Source: the human T2T-CHM13v2.0 reference genome, Homo sapiens. From it: DNA of 64,000 bases. The stretch lies in assembly GCF_009914755.1 (NCBI RefSeq), contig NC_060944.1; one strand, given 5' to 3'. The position numbers were made by a program, and so were the translations under genes. Positions 27,459-40,305 of the stretch are shown here, piece by piece; within the stretch, counting starts at the first letter, position 1; each line of letters starts with the position of its first letter. The notes under the pieces were generated by a model that saw only the letters and a list, made by a program, of their open reading frames with translations, did no database searches and was not told the origin of the DNA.

Positions 27459-27860
27459 TGTCTTAGTTTTGGCTCTCCCAGAAATCCACTCTGATGCAAA
27501 GATTTGAGTGCAAGCAGGTTATTTGGCCAGGAAATGCTGGTAGGGGAGTGATGAGGTGAGAGAGGAAAGGGAAGGCAGCCAGGCAGGGGCCTGCCATCAG
27601 GCAGGTTACTACTGTGGGCACTGGTGCTTAACTCTGCTGGGACCTCTGGGAGCCAGAGTAGAACATGTGCCTCAGAGTTGTCCCTCGCAAGGGTAGGGGA
27701 GCTGAGGTATTTATGCACCAACTCCTGTCAGTCACTGACTGACAATGGCTGCTCAGGTGTCTTAATTCTCCAGGTACTTCCAGTCCTTTGTGGGTAGGAT
27801 AGAGTTCTGCTGCTAGAAATTACCCTGAAGCACAAAGGTGCACATGGTGGCAGGTGGAAG
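27459..27860. mobile_element. MaLR (MLT1-type) solo LTR
   Basis: tgtcttag..cccagaa..aagatttgagtgcaagcaggttatttgg. Confidence 0.6.
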
Positions 27861-28165
27861 GTAGGCATGTGGGATATACTTGGGGCTTGGATATTGTCTA
27901 AGTTTTAGTGTCTCCATTTCCTAATGGCAAGAGCTTAGAGGCCTCATCCATGCAGAGCTTCAGCTCTTTAGTCATCAAACAAAGATAATGATACATGTGT
28001 TTTAATTGTTGTGAGGTTTAAATGTGAATAATATCTTTAAGAATGGCTGAAGGGAGAGACCAGTAGACATATAATATTAATCACATTTCCTGAACTCCCA
28101 AACTGCATTCTCAAGTATGGCGAGGCCATGAGTCCCCTTCAACTCATTTAAGATAGAATCAACTT

Positions 28166-28482
<317 letters not shown>

Positions 28483-28563
28483 TCAATGAGGTATTGGAAA
28501 GATATCTCAGCATTCAGAAATGTTTCTGCCCCATTTTTTAGGGATAACATTTAGGAACAGTGA

Positions 28564-29283
<720 letters not shown>

Positions 29284-29744
29284 AAGGCTTTTTAAAATTT
29301 AATTTAATTTTATTATTATTATCATTACTAGAAGGAGGCATATGGAAATGCCCAATTTGAACAGAAATTTTCTAGAACTATGCATTTCCAATGCTCAGTG
29401 GTGAAAGAGTCAGCTAGAGCATTGAGTAATGGTGAACTGTGTTCCCTATTAAATAGAAGGTAAGTGATTTCCCTGCTTTGAGTTTCCTGGTGTGGTGATT
29501 CACTTGCAGTGAATAGGGACTCCTGATAAGATACTACCATCACGGAAAATCTTCAAGGAAAGGCTAGATATCTAGCTCTTCCCTGAACACCAGAGGCAAG
29601 AAAAGGGACTATACCTGGGGGGCTCAAATAGACTACAGAGGAAAGCACTTATAATTTGACCAGAAGCACTTTTGTGCAAAATACCAGGACTGTGATAATT
29701 CCCACCATGTGTGAGAAGAGTCCTCCAGTTTTCAGGGCCATTGC

Positions 29745-29835
29745 TGCAAAGTACTGGTGGAATTTCTCCTGTCCTTGTAAGAACTCTCATGCCTGAGTCT
29801 CAGATTTACTTTTAACCGAAAGCCTTTGATTTGAT
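29745..29835 (-). promoter_or_regulatory. Candidate node/notochord enhancer core (TEAD site plus TCF site)
   Basis: Minus strand GGAGAAATTCCACCA (29755-29769), CTTTGAT 29824-29830, ~15 kb 5' of FOXA2; resembles recalled mouse core element. Confidence 0.6.
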
Positions 29836-31129
29836 CCCCATGAGGCTAATGGGACCTTAAATCCATCACAAGACTCTTTGGAATTTATCTGGAGATTCCA
29901 CCTTCTCTGTATTTCTAATCAGTCTCAATGGCTTTTTCTATAATAGAGTTTTATGTTCTAGTCATTAATCATTTTAATTTTTAAAATAGATAACATTTGA
30001 AATACTACTTCCCCTTTCCTAAGCTTCTTTCGGACAGCACTGAGTAAGTAAAGCCTTAACTATGCCCTCTGGTTGAAAAAAAAAAAAAACCCACACATAA
30101 ACCTGTTATGTTTCAGACTTTATGATCTGAGCATAAAAAGAGCTGAGCCTTTGATTCATATTCTATTCCATCACGAGTACAGCGGTACTGAAGGGATTTG
30201 CATGTTTAAAGGAGTGTTCAGAACAACCCATATAATGAATTCTCAAGGGTCTTCGCAGAGGAATTGCTATTCATCTCCACCATTGATGTCTGTGGCGGGG
30301 TCTGTGTTCTCTGGGGACGTTGAGTGGATGCCAGTGCTCAGCAGCAGCCAGTCATAAGGCATCTGGGTAGAGGCCTCCATCTTGCTTGGACTTGGGAGGG
30401 TAGAGAGGGTAGGTTGAATGGCTTGCAGGCTGCACCAGCTGGTGGACAGGTGGTGTGTGCAGGTGTTGAGAGATAGGTAATGAGGTTGGTTCCTTCCCTT
30501 AAACAATTTATTACGGAGCACCCCCTTTCCTAGGAGTCCAAAACCCAGAGGGATCCAATTTCCTGCTTTTAAGCTGGAAATTGCATGGATCACCACATTT
30601 TCTTGTGAGAAAAAATGTGAAGGCAACTGGCCTGGGAAGGAAATCTCTGGCCACCAGATTGGTAGGAAATTCTACATTACAATGTTCTAAGGTCTGTCTT
30701 TATTAAAACTGCAGCATATCCCAAGTACCTGGAAGGGTTATGGTTGAGTTTACTTAAAATTTGACAAGAAAAGGTGAAGGCACACCAGTCCTGCACGTTG
30801 AAAGCTCTGTTTCTCAAAGGGTTGTGTGAGAAGGAGCTGGGACTGGGCTGGGAAAAAACTCAGCTTTGCTTTAGCTTGGTCTTACTCATCAACACCACCT
30901 TTTCCTTGCAACTGTGTCAACACAGTGGGCAGGACCTTCTCTGTTAGTCACTACCTTTGATGTCTGGGGAGCTCTGCTTCCCTATCCCCAAGGGTCTCTT
31001 ATCAGCCCCCTACCAGGCATTCTTTTTCCTCAGGATTCTGTTAGTAATTGCTCCTCCCTGAGACTTCTCATCCAGCCTAACAGGTGGTCTAAACCAATGG
31101 TATTCACTGGTTGAAGAGAGAAATTGATG

Positions 31130-31330
31130 GATAGTAGTGGGAAAAAACATGACCTTTAGACTCAAGACCTTGATTTGAGTCTGATTCTGTCACTTATGAG
31201 CTGAGTAGCATTGGGCAGGTACTTAACCTCCCTAGGCCTCAGTTTCCTCATCTTCCTCAAACAAGATCATGCTTTCTCCTTCCTCCAGGCATCATGGAGA
31301 TTAGATCTGCAATGCACGTGATGGTGACTC
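31130..31330 (+). mobile_element. MIR
   Basis: ttgggcaggtacttaacctccctaggcctcagtttcctcatc. Confidence 0.75.
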
Positions 31331-33972
31331 AGAGTGGGCCTGCTGTAGATATTAATTAGTACCCAGAACACTCAATATGGTTTCTCTGTATGTTGGCAAT
31401 TGCAGGGTGTAGAGTAGCTAGATGGATCTTCACTTGATTTGGAAGTGGTCTGACTTACATCACATGCTGTGTGGTGCCTGAGAAGCTCCCTTAGGGAGGA
31501 TCATGAAACAGATGTCATCCATGGCAGCTGCAGGCCTTGCCTTTAAACTCCCAAGCACTCACCTGTGCAGCCAGGTGCCTACTCCAGGAGGAGAAAAGGG
31601 TGCCAAGGGTGTATTTCTTTTGAGGGTGGTTATTGTTTCCTCCAGTAAAACTGGATCCTTAACTAGTTGTTATGTCATCAACAGCATCATTATATGAAGG
31701 AAAATCCTAACATTTTAAGTTGATATCTTAGAGGGCAATCATATTCTCCCACAGAAAATTCCGAGTTACAGAGAAGACCAATTGTTCTAACTCAAGGCAA
31801 GCACTTTTTTTTTTTTTTTTTTTTTTTTAGTGGTTATTTCTAAAGAAAGAGAAACAAGCTTACTCTAGGCATTCTCCTTCTCAACAGCTTGGGAAAGACA
31901 TTGGACATAGACTCAAATGACCCAGCTTTGCCCCAGCTCTGTCTCTTGGGAGCTGGGTGACTCTGAGTCAATTGGTTAATTTTACTGAGCCTCAGAAGCT
32001 TAACCTTTTAAAATAGAGTGAACACATCCAGTTGTCCAGAGACTGTGAAGGTGGCATGAGATCAGTGGAGGGTAGGAGCTTTGCCAGGCTTTGGTTGTCC
32101 CACAGCTTGGGGGACATGGACATAGGGAAGTGCATGCTGAACAGGTCTCAGAATTCATCTCAAAAACCATAAACCTTACTGGGCATGGAAAGGGTTTGGT
32201 TCTTCCCAGGGGTTTGGTTCTTGCAGAGATACACATTTGTTGATGATGAATAGGAGAGCAAATTTTTATTATTGAAAATATTGAACCGGTGCCTTTGTCA
32301 CCTCATCAGTCATATTCTCTTTCAACCCATCCACTGTGAAAGTGAAAGGGAATCCGTGAGGGACAGGTTGAGGAGTTTTTCCTAGATCCGTGCATTAGTG
32401 CCCAGGAGCCACCCGAAGGTCTTATTACACATTCTGAATCAGAAGGTCTGGAGTGAGGAGGGGAGAGCTGAGAGTCAGCATTTTTTACAAGCCCCCAGGT
32501 GATGCTAATCTCCTATTCCAAGGGCCACTCTTTGAGAGTCTAAGGCTAAGAACAAAATGCCTTTGACCTACTTTGAGGTTTAGTTTTCTCCTTCTTGAGC
32601 CCACAGCAGAGAAATAATCCTAAAACCAGGTTTTGGGGAAAGAGAAAAAAAAATTTAAACTCCCAAATCCTCCCTTACATCTCCAGAATGAGGATTGACA
32701 GACTCAGACCCTAGAGGTTTTCCATGAGCCATGACAAGGGGAGGTTACAGGAGGCCATGTGAAAGCACTGCAGGCAACAAGAAGCAGATAGGAATATCTT
32801 CCTGATTTTTGAGAGAAGGGCCAGAGGAAGAAGGAGAGGAGTAGTTGGGGCCCAGGCTAGCTTTCCTTAGGGCCGATCTCAGGAAGAGGGAGGGTGGGGA
32901 AACACCTAGGAGGTATTTTGTGAGACTCAAGAGACACTTGAACACATGCTCCTGTTTCCCTCCCCAGCACGACCCCCCAACACGGCAGCTCTACAACGGC
33001 AAGGACGGGCATGGGTTTGGGATGCGGGGTTTTGACACTGTGTGTTGTCTTCTTCACCTCCTCCATGGTGAGGAAGAGAGCCGGGCATTGCTATGGGCGT
33101 TGTGGGGGTGAGTGCAGTCCCTGAGGGATGAGGCCATCGTGCCTGCTGTGGGTTGGATCCTCAGTCCCCCTAAGGTGAAAGGGAGCCATGTGTGTGGACT
33201 CTCCCCCCAACAGTCCTGATCCAGGCCCATGCTCAACAGACTCTTCAGCAAAAGGAACTCACATAGTTGTCCCCAAAGAACCAGGCAGAACCGGCACTCT
33301 GCAGCGGCACCAGAGGATATTGTCTCGACCAGGGGAGGGGAGATGCTCTTTACCTGGGAGCCACAAATACAGGAGCTCTGCATAGGGACCAGGCCTCCCC
33401 TAACACCTGAAGGGACATTAAGCATTTCCTGGAGGCACCTTGAAGAGGCACAGGAAGGATAAACAGCTATAGTGGAAGGTGGCTTTAGAATAGATAGCCT
33501 AAGAGGCTGACTGATGTGGCTTACACGGAGGAGGCTGTTTCTCTCCACAAGCCAGCTTGCGCAGCTTCCCCCAGTCATTACAGGGAAAAAAGTGGGAGGA
33601 ACTTCAAAGCTGAGTCCAATTATAGGAAATAAAGAAGTCATTTTTTTCTTGGCACACGGGAACAGTGGTGTGGAATGTCAGTCCTGCTATAGTACCATTT
33701 AATCAATACACAAAACTAAATCTTACCACACTAAAATAAAACTGTTTAATTCATATGCTTTATACTATGCATTTTACCTAATAACCATGACAGTAAATGA
33801 GATATTTTATCATCTTTTAAGATTGAACATTGTGTTACACATATTTCCATATATTGTCTAGATTTCTTATTCTTTATTTTGTTATATTCAACCTTGTTAA
33901 CATTTAGTGTGAAAAATGGCAAACGTGTTTATGTGTGAATGTGTATATACATTTTGTATGTAATATATATGC

Positions 33973-34326
33973 TGTTATGTGCTTAGTTGTGTCCACCTAA
34001 AATTTATATGTTAAAGTCCTAACCCCCAGTACCCAAGAAGGTGACTGTATTTGGAGATAGATAGGATCTTCAAAGAGGTAACTAAGTTTAAATGAGGTCA
34101 TTTAATGGATGGGGCCTATTTAATATTAGGATGCAGACACACACAGAGAGAAGAACATGTAAGATGTCCATCTGCAAGACAAGGAGAGAGGCTTCAGGAG
34201 AAAGCAACCCTGCGCACACTTTGATCACAGACTTGTGGCCTCCAGAATGGTAAGAAAATACATTTCTGTTGTTTAAGCCTCCCAGGCTATGGTACTTTGT
34301 TATGGCAGCCCTAGCAATTGAATACA
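33973..34326 (+). mobile_element. MLT1A/B-type MaLR solo LTR
   Basis: tgtta..aagtcctaacccccagtac..ggcctccaga..tttgttatggcagccctagcaa..aataca. Confidence 0.85.
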
Positions 34327-34439
34327 GAGAGTAATATACCTATTAGACATACATGTCAATGTTCCCTTTACAGGAAATGATGAACTCAGCAGTAATTTAA
34401 TAAGAGATGACTTAGAATTGTAAATTCTTTCCCACTCAT

Positions 34440-35050
34440 ATGATGAATATTTATTGGGGACCCTCTGTGGATGAGCTGTGGCACACATGATCTGCTCCCT
34501 CACATGTACACCTATAAATTCACCCAACACATGGTGATTTGGGTTGCTAGATGAGAGGCAAGCAAATTGCTTTTGAGAGAGGAGGCTCAGTGAAGTGGCA
34601 TTTAAGCTGGGTTTGGATGGGAGAGACAGAAGAACATCCCATTTGGGAGGAATGCATGAGAAATAATATGGAGCAAAGATGTAGACATGTTCTGGAAATA
34701 GTGACTGGATAGTAGGGTGGGAATATGGACAGATCATAAGGGGAGGGTGAGAGATGGCCAGGGAGGTCAGGGACTGGCCATATTGTGCTGGACCTTGAAA
34801 GCCAGGCCCAAAATCCTTGTTTCTTTTTTAACAGGGAATGACGAGTAACAGAATTTTTCAAAGCTGGGAAGTCACATGATTAAAGTGGTAGATTAACCTG
34901 CTAGAAACATCTAGAATGTAGAGCGAGGGTGCACTAGAAATAGGAAAACAGATGGACTTTGCAGTAATCCAGATGCAAGGCAACTGAGAAGAGGGCAGGA
35001 ACGGGAGGCATCCAGGAGCCGGAGAAAAGAGGATGCTCAGGACCTGGCAG
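34440..35050. mobile_element. L2 LINE fragment
   Basis: gaatatttattgg..gaagtggcatttaagctggg..gcagtaatccagatgcaag. Confidence 0.6.
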
Positions 35051-38000
35051 CTTCCTTTTCATCTCTAGGTAAATTAAATACTTTCCCACAGTTTGGTGCC
35101 CTTCATGGTGCTGCTACCTGCCAGGCTTGAGAGAGTGAGAAGCTGGAGGTCTCTGCCTTTTCTGTGGCTGCCCAGGACAAACCTCATTGGTTCTGCTGAA
35201 TGAGCATCATTAGCGTATTTATACTAGAACTCAGTTCCAGATAGCAGCATTTGAGAATCAAGATAAGAGAGTGTTATTTTCAGTGGGAAATCAGTGGGCC
35301 AGTGGAAGAGCTAGAATAGTGAGTGACAATTGTCTTGCTGGTTACTCTCAGCATTGGCACAAAGGGGTGTGGTGTTGGGCTAACTTAATTTGCACTCAAA
35401 TACTTTGTCCTCCCACTGGCTGAAGTTCCACTGCACAGAGATTATGCTTTGGGTCATGTGGCTCTCGTGAGGTGAATGTCCTTTATGAAGAACGAGAACT
35501 AAGACTCTCTAGGACCGGCTGGGATAAGGCCTTGGACGTGGTGTCTATCTGGTTCTAGCCCCTTGAGATGGAGCATCTATTCCACATTAGCCTGTTCAAA
35601 CAGGGCCTCCAGCATGCTGTCTTGGATTTACTCTAAAATTCTAATCTCTTGATGAAGATTTTGGTGGCTACAAATTGCTGCTCTTCCTCTGGGCACTGGA
35701 ATGGATGGGTGTCCTGGTTTGGATTTTCTAGCTCAGCCCTAAAGAGGAAGAAGATTTCTGCTAAAGAAGAATGCTTTGCCTGGAGTTTCTGGTGCTGGCA
35801 ATTGGCTTGGGCCCACTCTTGAACTAATAGGTTCAACTTTATCCCCTGGCCACAGGTATAAACTCAAGAGTGAACTCTTTATGCCATGTAAGCCACACAG
35901 GCTGCAGGTATTAGAAAAAGAGCTGCAGTACTCTTCTGAAAAGTCATCTCTGCTCTCCCTTCCTGAAGGTGGTGGAAGAAACTTGTAATCATGAGAGCTG
36001 CTGGGATCCATTTGCAACCCTGCATGATGCTGACCACACAGAAAGAAGACAAGAAAAACAGAATCCAGAGGCCTTGACATTCTTACTGGGCCCCAGTATC
36101 AAAAACTCAAAATCTTCCCTACCTCTGGACTTCCAGTTATGTGATCCCTGAAAGGCATCCACGTGTGGCCTTTCCCAGTAAGGCTTTAGTTAGGTTAGCT
36201 AAAATGTTAGCAAAGTCTAATCTTATTGGCAGAAAAAAAATTGCCTTTTACTATGTTTGTACCTTTCAAAGACCTCATAGCCCAGCAGACTTCATAAATG
36301 CTGGTGAATTTCTTTCAAACCATTGTCAAATAAAACCTCCCATCTCCAATTAGCATAATGTCTCCATTCTGAAAGTCCAGGAGGCTTCTTTATTTTTTTG
36401 TTCTAAAAATATCTATACCAGGATTGCAACAATTATGAGGACTACTAACAAGAAAAACTCCTGAAACTTTTGAGAATGGGATTTGCATTTGCAAAATGAT
36501 TTGCAACCAGACCTGCCAGGTAGCACTTCACGGAAATCAAAAAATGGGTTTTGAATATCGAGATTATATTTTTTGGCATCCAAATTCGTAGTAAAATCAC
36601 CTTTCTAGCTGTCTGCAGTAGATGTGACTAAACTCTCAGAATAGCTTCCACAAGTGCTGAATACTTTTGATAAAAGTCGATGTAGCTGGAACACAGTCAC
36701 ATTTGATTGACTTACCTTAATTCTCTAAATCAGCTTATTTCCCAAACAGCTCCTCAATTCGGGTGTCCCCATGCTGCGGCCACCTTCTCTAGTTGCCAGA
36801 GCCCGCTTCTCCACCCTAAATAACTGCGACTGCGGCAGAGGCATTTGGGTTGGTTTAAGACGGCAGTATATCCCTCTGTTTCTTCATTCAGGATTTCTTT
36901 CCTTCAAAGGAGACTTTGTGTTTCCCAAGTTTCCTTCTTCTGCTTGTATGAATCTAAAATGAATCTGAACTAAAAGTACTTGTTGAGTGGTTATGCTCCC
37001 AACTGTAATTTGGAGTCAAGGTATGAATATTTTATACTCAAAGAGTCACTGAAGATTTGTAGGAGGCTTTTAAAAATAAAATGAATACACTCATTTTGTT
37101 GGCTCAGGTAGACTATAGCTGGGGGAAAACAAAAATACAGGATGAGCCCTCAATCATGAGTCTTTAAAAAATGAATCAGGATTTGTGTTTTGGGATAATC
37201 AGGAGTCCCTGTGGTGAGTACACAGTGTCCTTTGGAGGAAAGAAATACCAGCCTGAAGGAGAACCGGGAAACAAAAACAAAAGCCACCCAAATGCTCCAA
37301 TCTCGTTTTAAACCAACCCAAATTCCAGAGGTGCAGTTTCAGAAGGGAGCTCTTCATACCCTGGCAGAAATTAGGTGTCAAGCTAGAGAGCCAGTATTCA
37401 GATGCCTGTGGCTTCCTTTCACTGCAAAAATAGATTTAAAAAATAATCCAGTCTTTGGCATATTTTCTCCGAGACGGAGAGACCTGAGTAGCCCCTTTGC
37501 TTTCACTGTATGTTTGTGTTGCACTGAGCTGAGGGCTTTGTGAGCTCATAGGCTACTTCAAAAGCTGTTGAAAACAGTCAAAACAGAAACTGAATACATG
37601 TGAATTAAGCATTTCCTTTTTTATATAAATCTGTGAGTCTTTTTTTTTTAAATAACATCTATTGGTTTATATGGAGGGACCCCGTTAAGCAATTTTCACT
37701 GGATGCAGTTTCAGCTTGAAAGAACAAAAAGTAGAAGAAAAGTGTCTAGGCTCTTTTAACCTTCAAGCATGGCCACACTTAGGAGGATGATCACCTGAGA
37801 ATCATAAGTTCTTTCCTGAAGACTCTGTAGAAGGACATTTGGATTACAAATCATTTTTGACGTTCATCAAGTACTCAAATATATGTTTTAATTGTGCCTG
37901 ATGCACATTGCTTCTTTTATAATGCACTAATCTTACTCTAAGCAAAGTATGTAGCAATTTTGAGATAAGGAAGAAAGTTTCTGAGCTTTCATGAGGTGGC

Positions 38001-38105
38001 TGTCAAGATCATGACCACCTGTGGGGTGCTGGGTACATTACCCTTGAGAAGATGCTCTGAAATGACATTGTTTCTTCTTTTCATTTATCGCAAAGGGTTT
38101 CATTC

Positions 38106-38411
38106 TTTATTTATTTATTTTTTTTAGTTGGAGTATCACTCTGTTGCCCAGGCTGAAGTGCAGTGGTATGATCATAGCTCACTGCAGCCTCAAACTCCTG
38201 GCCTCAATTGATCCTCCCACCTCAGCCTCCTGAGTTGCTGGGAATACAAGCGCATGCCACCATGCCGGGGTAATTTTTTTTTTTCTGGTGGCGGAGAGAC
38301 AGGGTCTTGCTATGTTGCCCAGGCTGGTCTCAAACTGCTGGTCTTTAGTTACCCTTCACCCTTACCATCACAAAGTATTGAGATTGCAGATGTGGGCCAC
38401 AGCACCTGACC
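38106..38411 (-). mobile_element. AluJ with TSD aagggYttcattct
   Basis: gatcatagctcactgcagcctcaaactcctgg diagnostic; flanking direct repeat. Confidence 0.9.
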
Positions 38412-38499
38412 AAGGGCTTCATTCTTAATGTCTACCTTCTGTCCTGGATTCTGGATCCTTTGAATAGATTCCACCTGTGAGAAGCTTGAAAACATCAGA

Positions 38500-39130
38500 T
38501 GTATGCAAATTAAAACCCTAGGTACTAATTTTACCTATTAAATTGGCAAAAATTCTAAAATTTGTTAACATGCAGTATTGGCCAAAGTTTCACTAAAAAA
38601 TATGCCCTTGTAGCAGTATGGGAATAAAATCAGTAGAGCTTTTATGGACAGATTGGTAGCCCATGCTTTGTCCCCACAATTCTGCTTCTAGTTCTTCATC
38701 CTGCAACTGTAGAAGTGAACAAAGATTTACATGTCACATTTATTGTCATAGTGAAAACATGGAAACATCATGCTAATCAGCAGGAGACTAGTTACATAAA
38801 GCATACTCATACAAAGGAATTTTAGCAGCCATGAAAAAGGATGACTAATTACAATGCGCAGGCACTGAGGGGTCTCCAAGACACAGTGTCACGAGAAAAG
38901 CAAAGGGCAGATATAGTTTATTCCTCTTTGTAGACAAAGGCACACATATGCTTAGATACATGCAGAAAATTTCCTGGAGGATAGAGAATAAATGATAACA
39001 ACTGGTAATCTTTCAGGTGTGGAACTGACAACCTGAGGGGAGAGGAGGAAGAATTTGCTTTTTATTTTATAAACTTTTGTATGACTTTGTTTAAAAAAAA
39101 TCATATTTGTATATTATATTATTATAATCA
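38500..39130 (+). mobile_element. Ancient L1M 3' fragment
   Basis: atgcaaattaaaac..aaattggcaaaaatt..gcagccatgaaaaagga. Confidence 0.65.
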
Positions 39131-39136
39131 GGGTTG

Positions 39137-39437
39137 TTTATTTATTTATTCATTTAAAATGGAGTCTTGTTCTATCACCCAGGCTAGAGCGTGGTGGCAC
39201 AATCTCAGCTCACTGCAAACTCCCCCTCCCGGGTTTAAGTGTTTCTCTTGCCTCAGCCTCCCAAGTAGCTGGGATTGTGGGTGTGCTCCACCATGCCTGT
39301 CTAATTTTTGTATTTTTAGTAGACATGGGGTTTCACCATGTTGGCCGGGCTGGTCTGGAACTCCTGACCTCAAGTAGGCCACCCCCCTCAGCCTCCCAAA
39401 GTGCTGGGATTACAGGTGTGAGCCACTGCACCCAGCC
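39137..39437 (-). mobile_element. AluS
   Basis: Complete dimer. Confidence 0.93.
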
Positions 39438-39752
39438 TAATTTTTCTTTGTAATAAGCAAAAAAATCCATCTGTGGCCGTGACTCTACATTTCCTGAATT
39501 AATCCACACTACTGGATTAGTGTGGTAAACAAGAGTTTACCACCTGGCCACCTCAGTCTCTCTGACGATCTCTTAAGCACGAGTGAGAAGTCTTAATTCT
39601 TAGCATTCCTGTGCTCAGGTCTTTCCTGTCATATCAAAAACATTACGTTATGTTCTATGAAACCCCCTGGGCTCCAGACCTCTTCCCTCCCCGTGATGCT
39701 TTCCTGGTTCTCTGAACGCTTTAGCAGTTGTATCAACCTTCGTGAATGCCAT

Positions 39753-40305
39753 CGTATTCGTTTTCTATTGCTGTATAACAAATTGCCATAAGCTCAGAGG
39801 CTTGAAACACACACATTTTTTTTTTTTATATCATGGTTTCTGTGGTCAGGAATCCTGGCACAGCTTAGTAGGCCCTCTACCTCAGGACCCACAACAGGCC
39901 GAGTTCCAGGTGTTGTCCGGGGCTGGGATCTCATTGTAAGGCTCAGCCAGGGGAGGATCCACTTCCAAGCTCATGAGGCTGTTAGCAGAATTCAGTTCCT
40001 TGCCTTCTGTTGAATTGAGGGCCTCAGTCTCTAGCTGGGTTCTAGCTGGGCAAGGCCATCTCAGTTCCCTTCCACATGGGCCTACCAACATGGCCCCCAA
40101 CATATCCCTTGCTAATTTACCAACACCAGCAAAGCAGAGAGTTGACCAGCAAGACCGATGTTCCAATTGTATATAATCTTGTGTGATTCATCTACCAGTT
40201 AGAAGCAAGTCACGAGTCTCACCCACACTCAAGGGGAGAGGATTATGTAAGGGCATAAATACCAGGAGGTGGGATAATTGGGGGGTCACCTTAGAATCAG
40301 CCATA
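39753..40305 (-). mobile_element. MLT1E/F-type MaLR LTR
   Basis: ttttctattgctgtataacaaattgcca..ggtttctgtggtcaggaatc..cccacactcaaggggagag. Confidence 0.8.

Noticed and set aside
33054-33641. 195-aa minus-strand ORF in the LNCNEF intron
   Set aside because: No domain similarity and no supporting splice or promoter signals seen
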